Shown here one piece after another: positions 63,576 to 64,000 of a stretch of DNA of 64,000 bases (its first letter is position 1; each line of letters begins with the position of its first letter). Source of the DNA: Azolla caroliniana (lineage: Eukaryota; Plantae; Polypodiophyta); assembly GCA_043228905.1 (NCBI GenBank), contig JBHGNT010000008.1, positions 19,406,001 through 19,470,000 of the forward strand, given 5' to 3'. The position numbers and the translations under genes are program-made. The notes beneath the pieces were generated by a model. It ran no database searches, was not told the origin of the DNA, and was given only the letters and a program-made list of their open reading frames with translations.

Positions 63576-64000
63576 TGTTAATCCTTAGGGCCAGACAACA
63601 GCCTAACACAAGGTGTCCACTTAAGACACTTCACCAAAGGGTGTTACGGCGAGATAACTTACGACACAACGCTTAATTGGACCTTAATCGATTACTTAGC
63701 AATACATCATTAACACGCGTAAGATATACAATAAGCACAGAACGGTGAACAATACTCAATGATTAGATAAAAGGTTTATATTACTCTCCGTTAATGACTA
63801 CATTATAACCAGGCCTTTATATAGGTAACCGGTGCGAAGTACAAAACGGTGTCAACCGGCACCTATTCGGGATCGGTCCGGATCCGGATCAGCATACCGA
63901 TTCCGGTCTGTCCGTCCACATCTTCTCATATATTAATCTATATATTAAGACTAGTAATTTCAACAGATTCCTAAATAACAATTCCCCTTTTCACACCCTG
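63576..64000. mobile_element. Probable LTR inserted into the LINE, continuing beyond the window
   Basis: Abrupt switch to non-coding sequence beginning TGTTAATCC, with a minus-strand TATA (cctttatatagg) at ~63814. Confidence 0.45.

Overview
This is plant nuclear DNA, probably a fern or another non-seed land plant (inferred from the element repertoire and microsatellites). The first ~8.5 kb holds two convergent intron-containing genes: the 3' half of a CYP707A-like (CYP85-clan) cytochrome P450 and a complete Mn-CDF/MTP metal transporter. From ~16.7 kb to the end, the window is a nested cluster of decayed Gypsy and Copia LTR elements, solo LTRs and a LINE fragment. The standout is a 10.1-kb DNA transposon (34589-44677; 36-bp TIRs, TGAC 4-bp TSD) inserted in a chromovirus integrase. 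It carries two divergent genes: a Sola-like DDD transposase, and a six-exon gene for a ParB-like domain fused to a prokaryotic-type N6-adenine/N4-cytosine DNA methyltransferase. Intron 1 of the methyltransferase gene holds seven 25-bp palindromes, five of their six spacings being exactly 51 bp (possible parS-like sites). This copy is pseudogenised. Other notable signals are an LTR group whose six insertion flanks are all NCGN, a Tf1-style self-priming PBS and a Cassandra-like 5S segment. All family assignments come from motif recognition by eye, not database searches.
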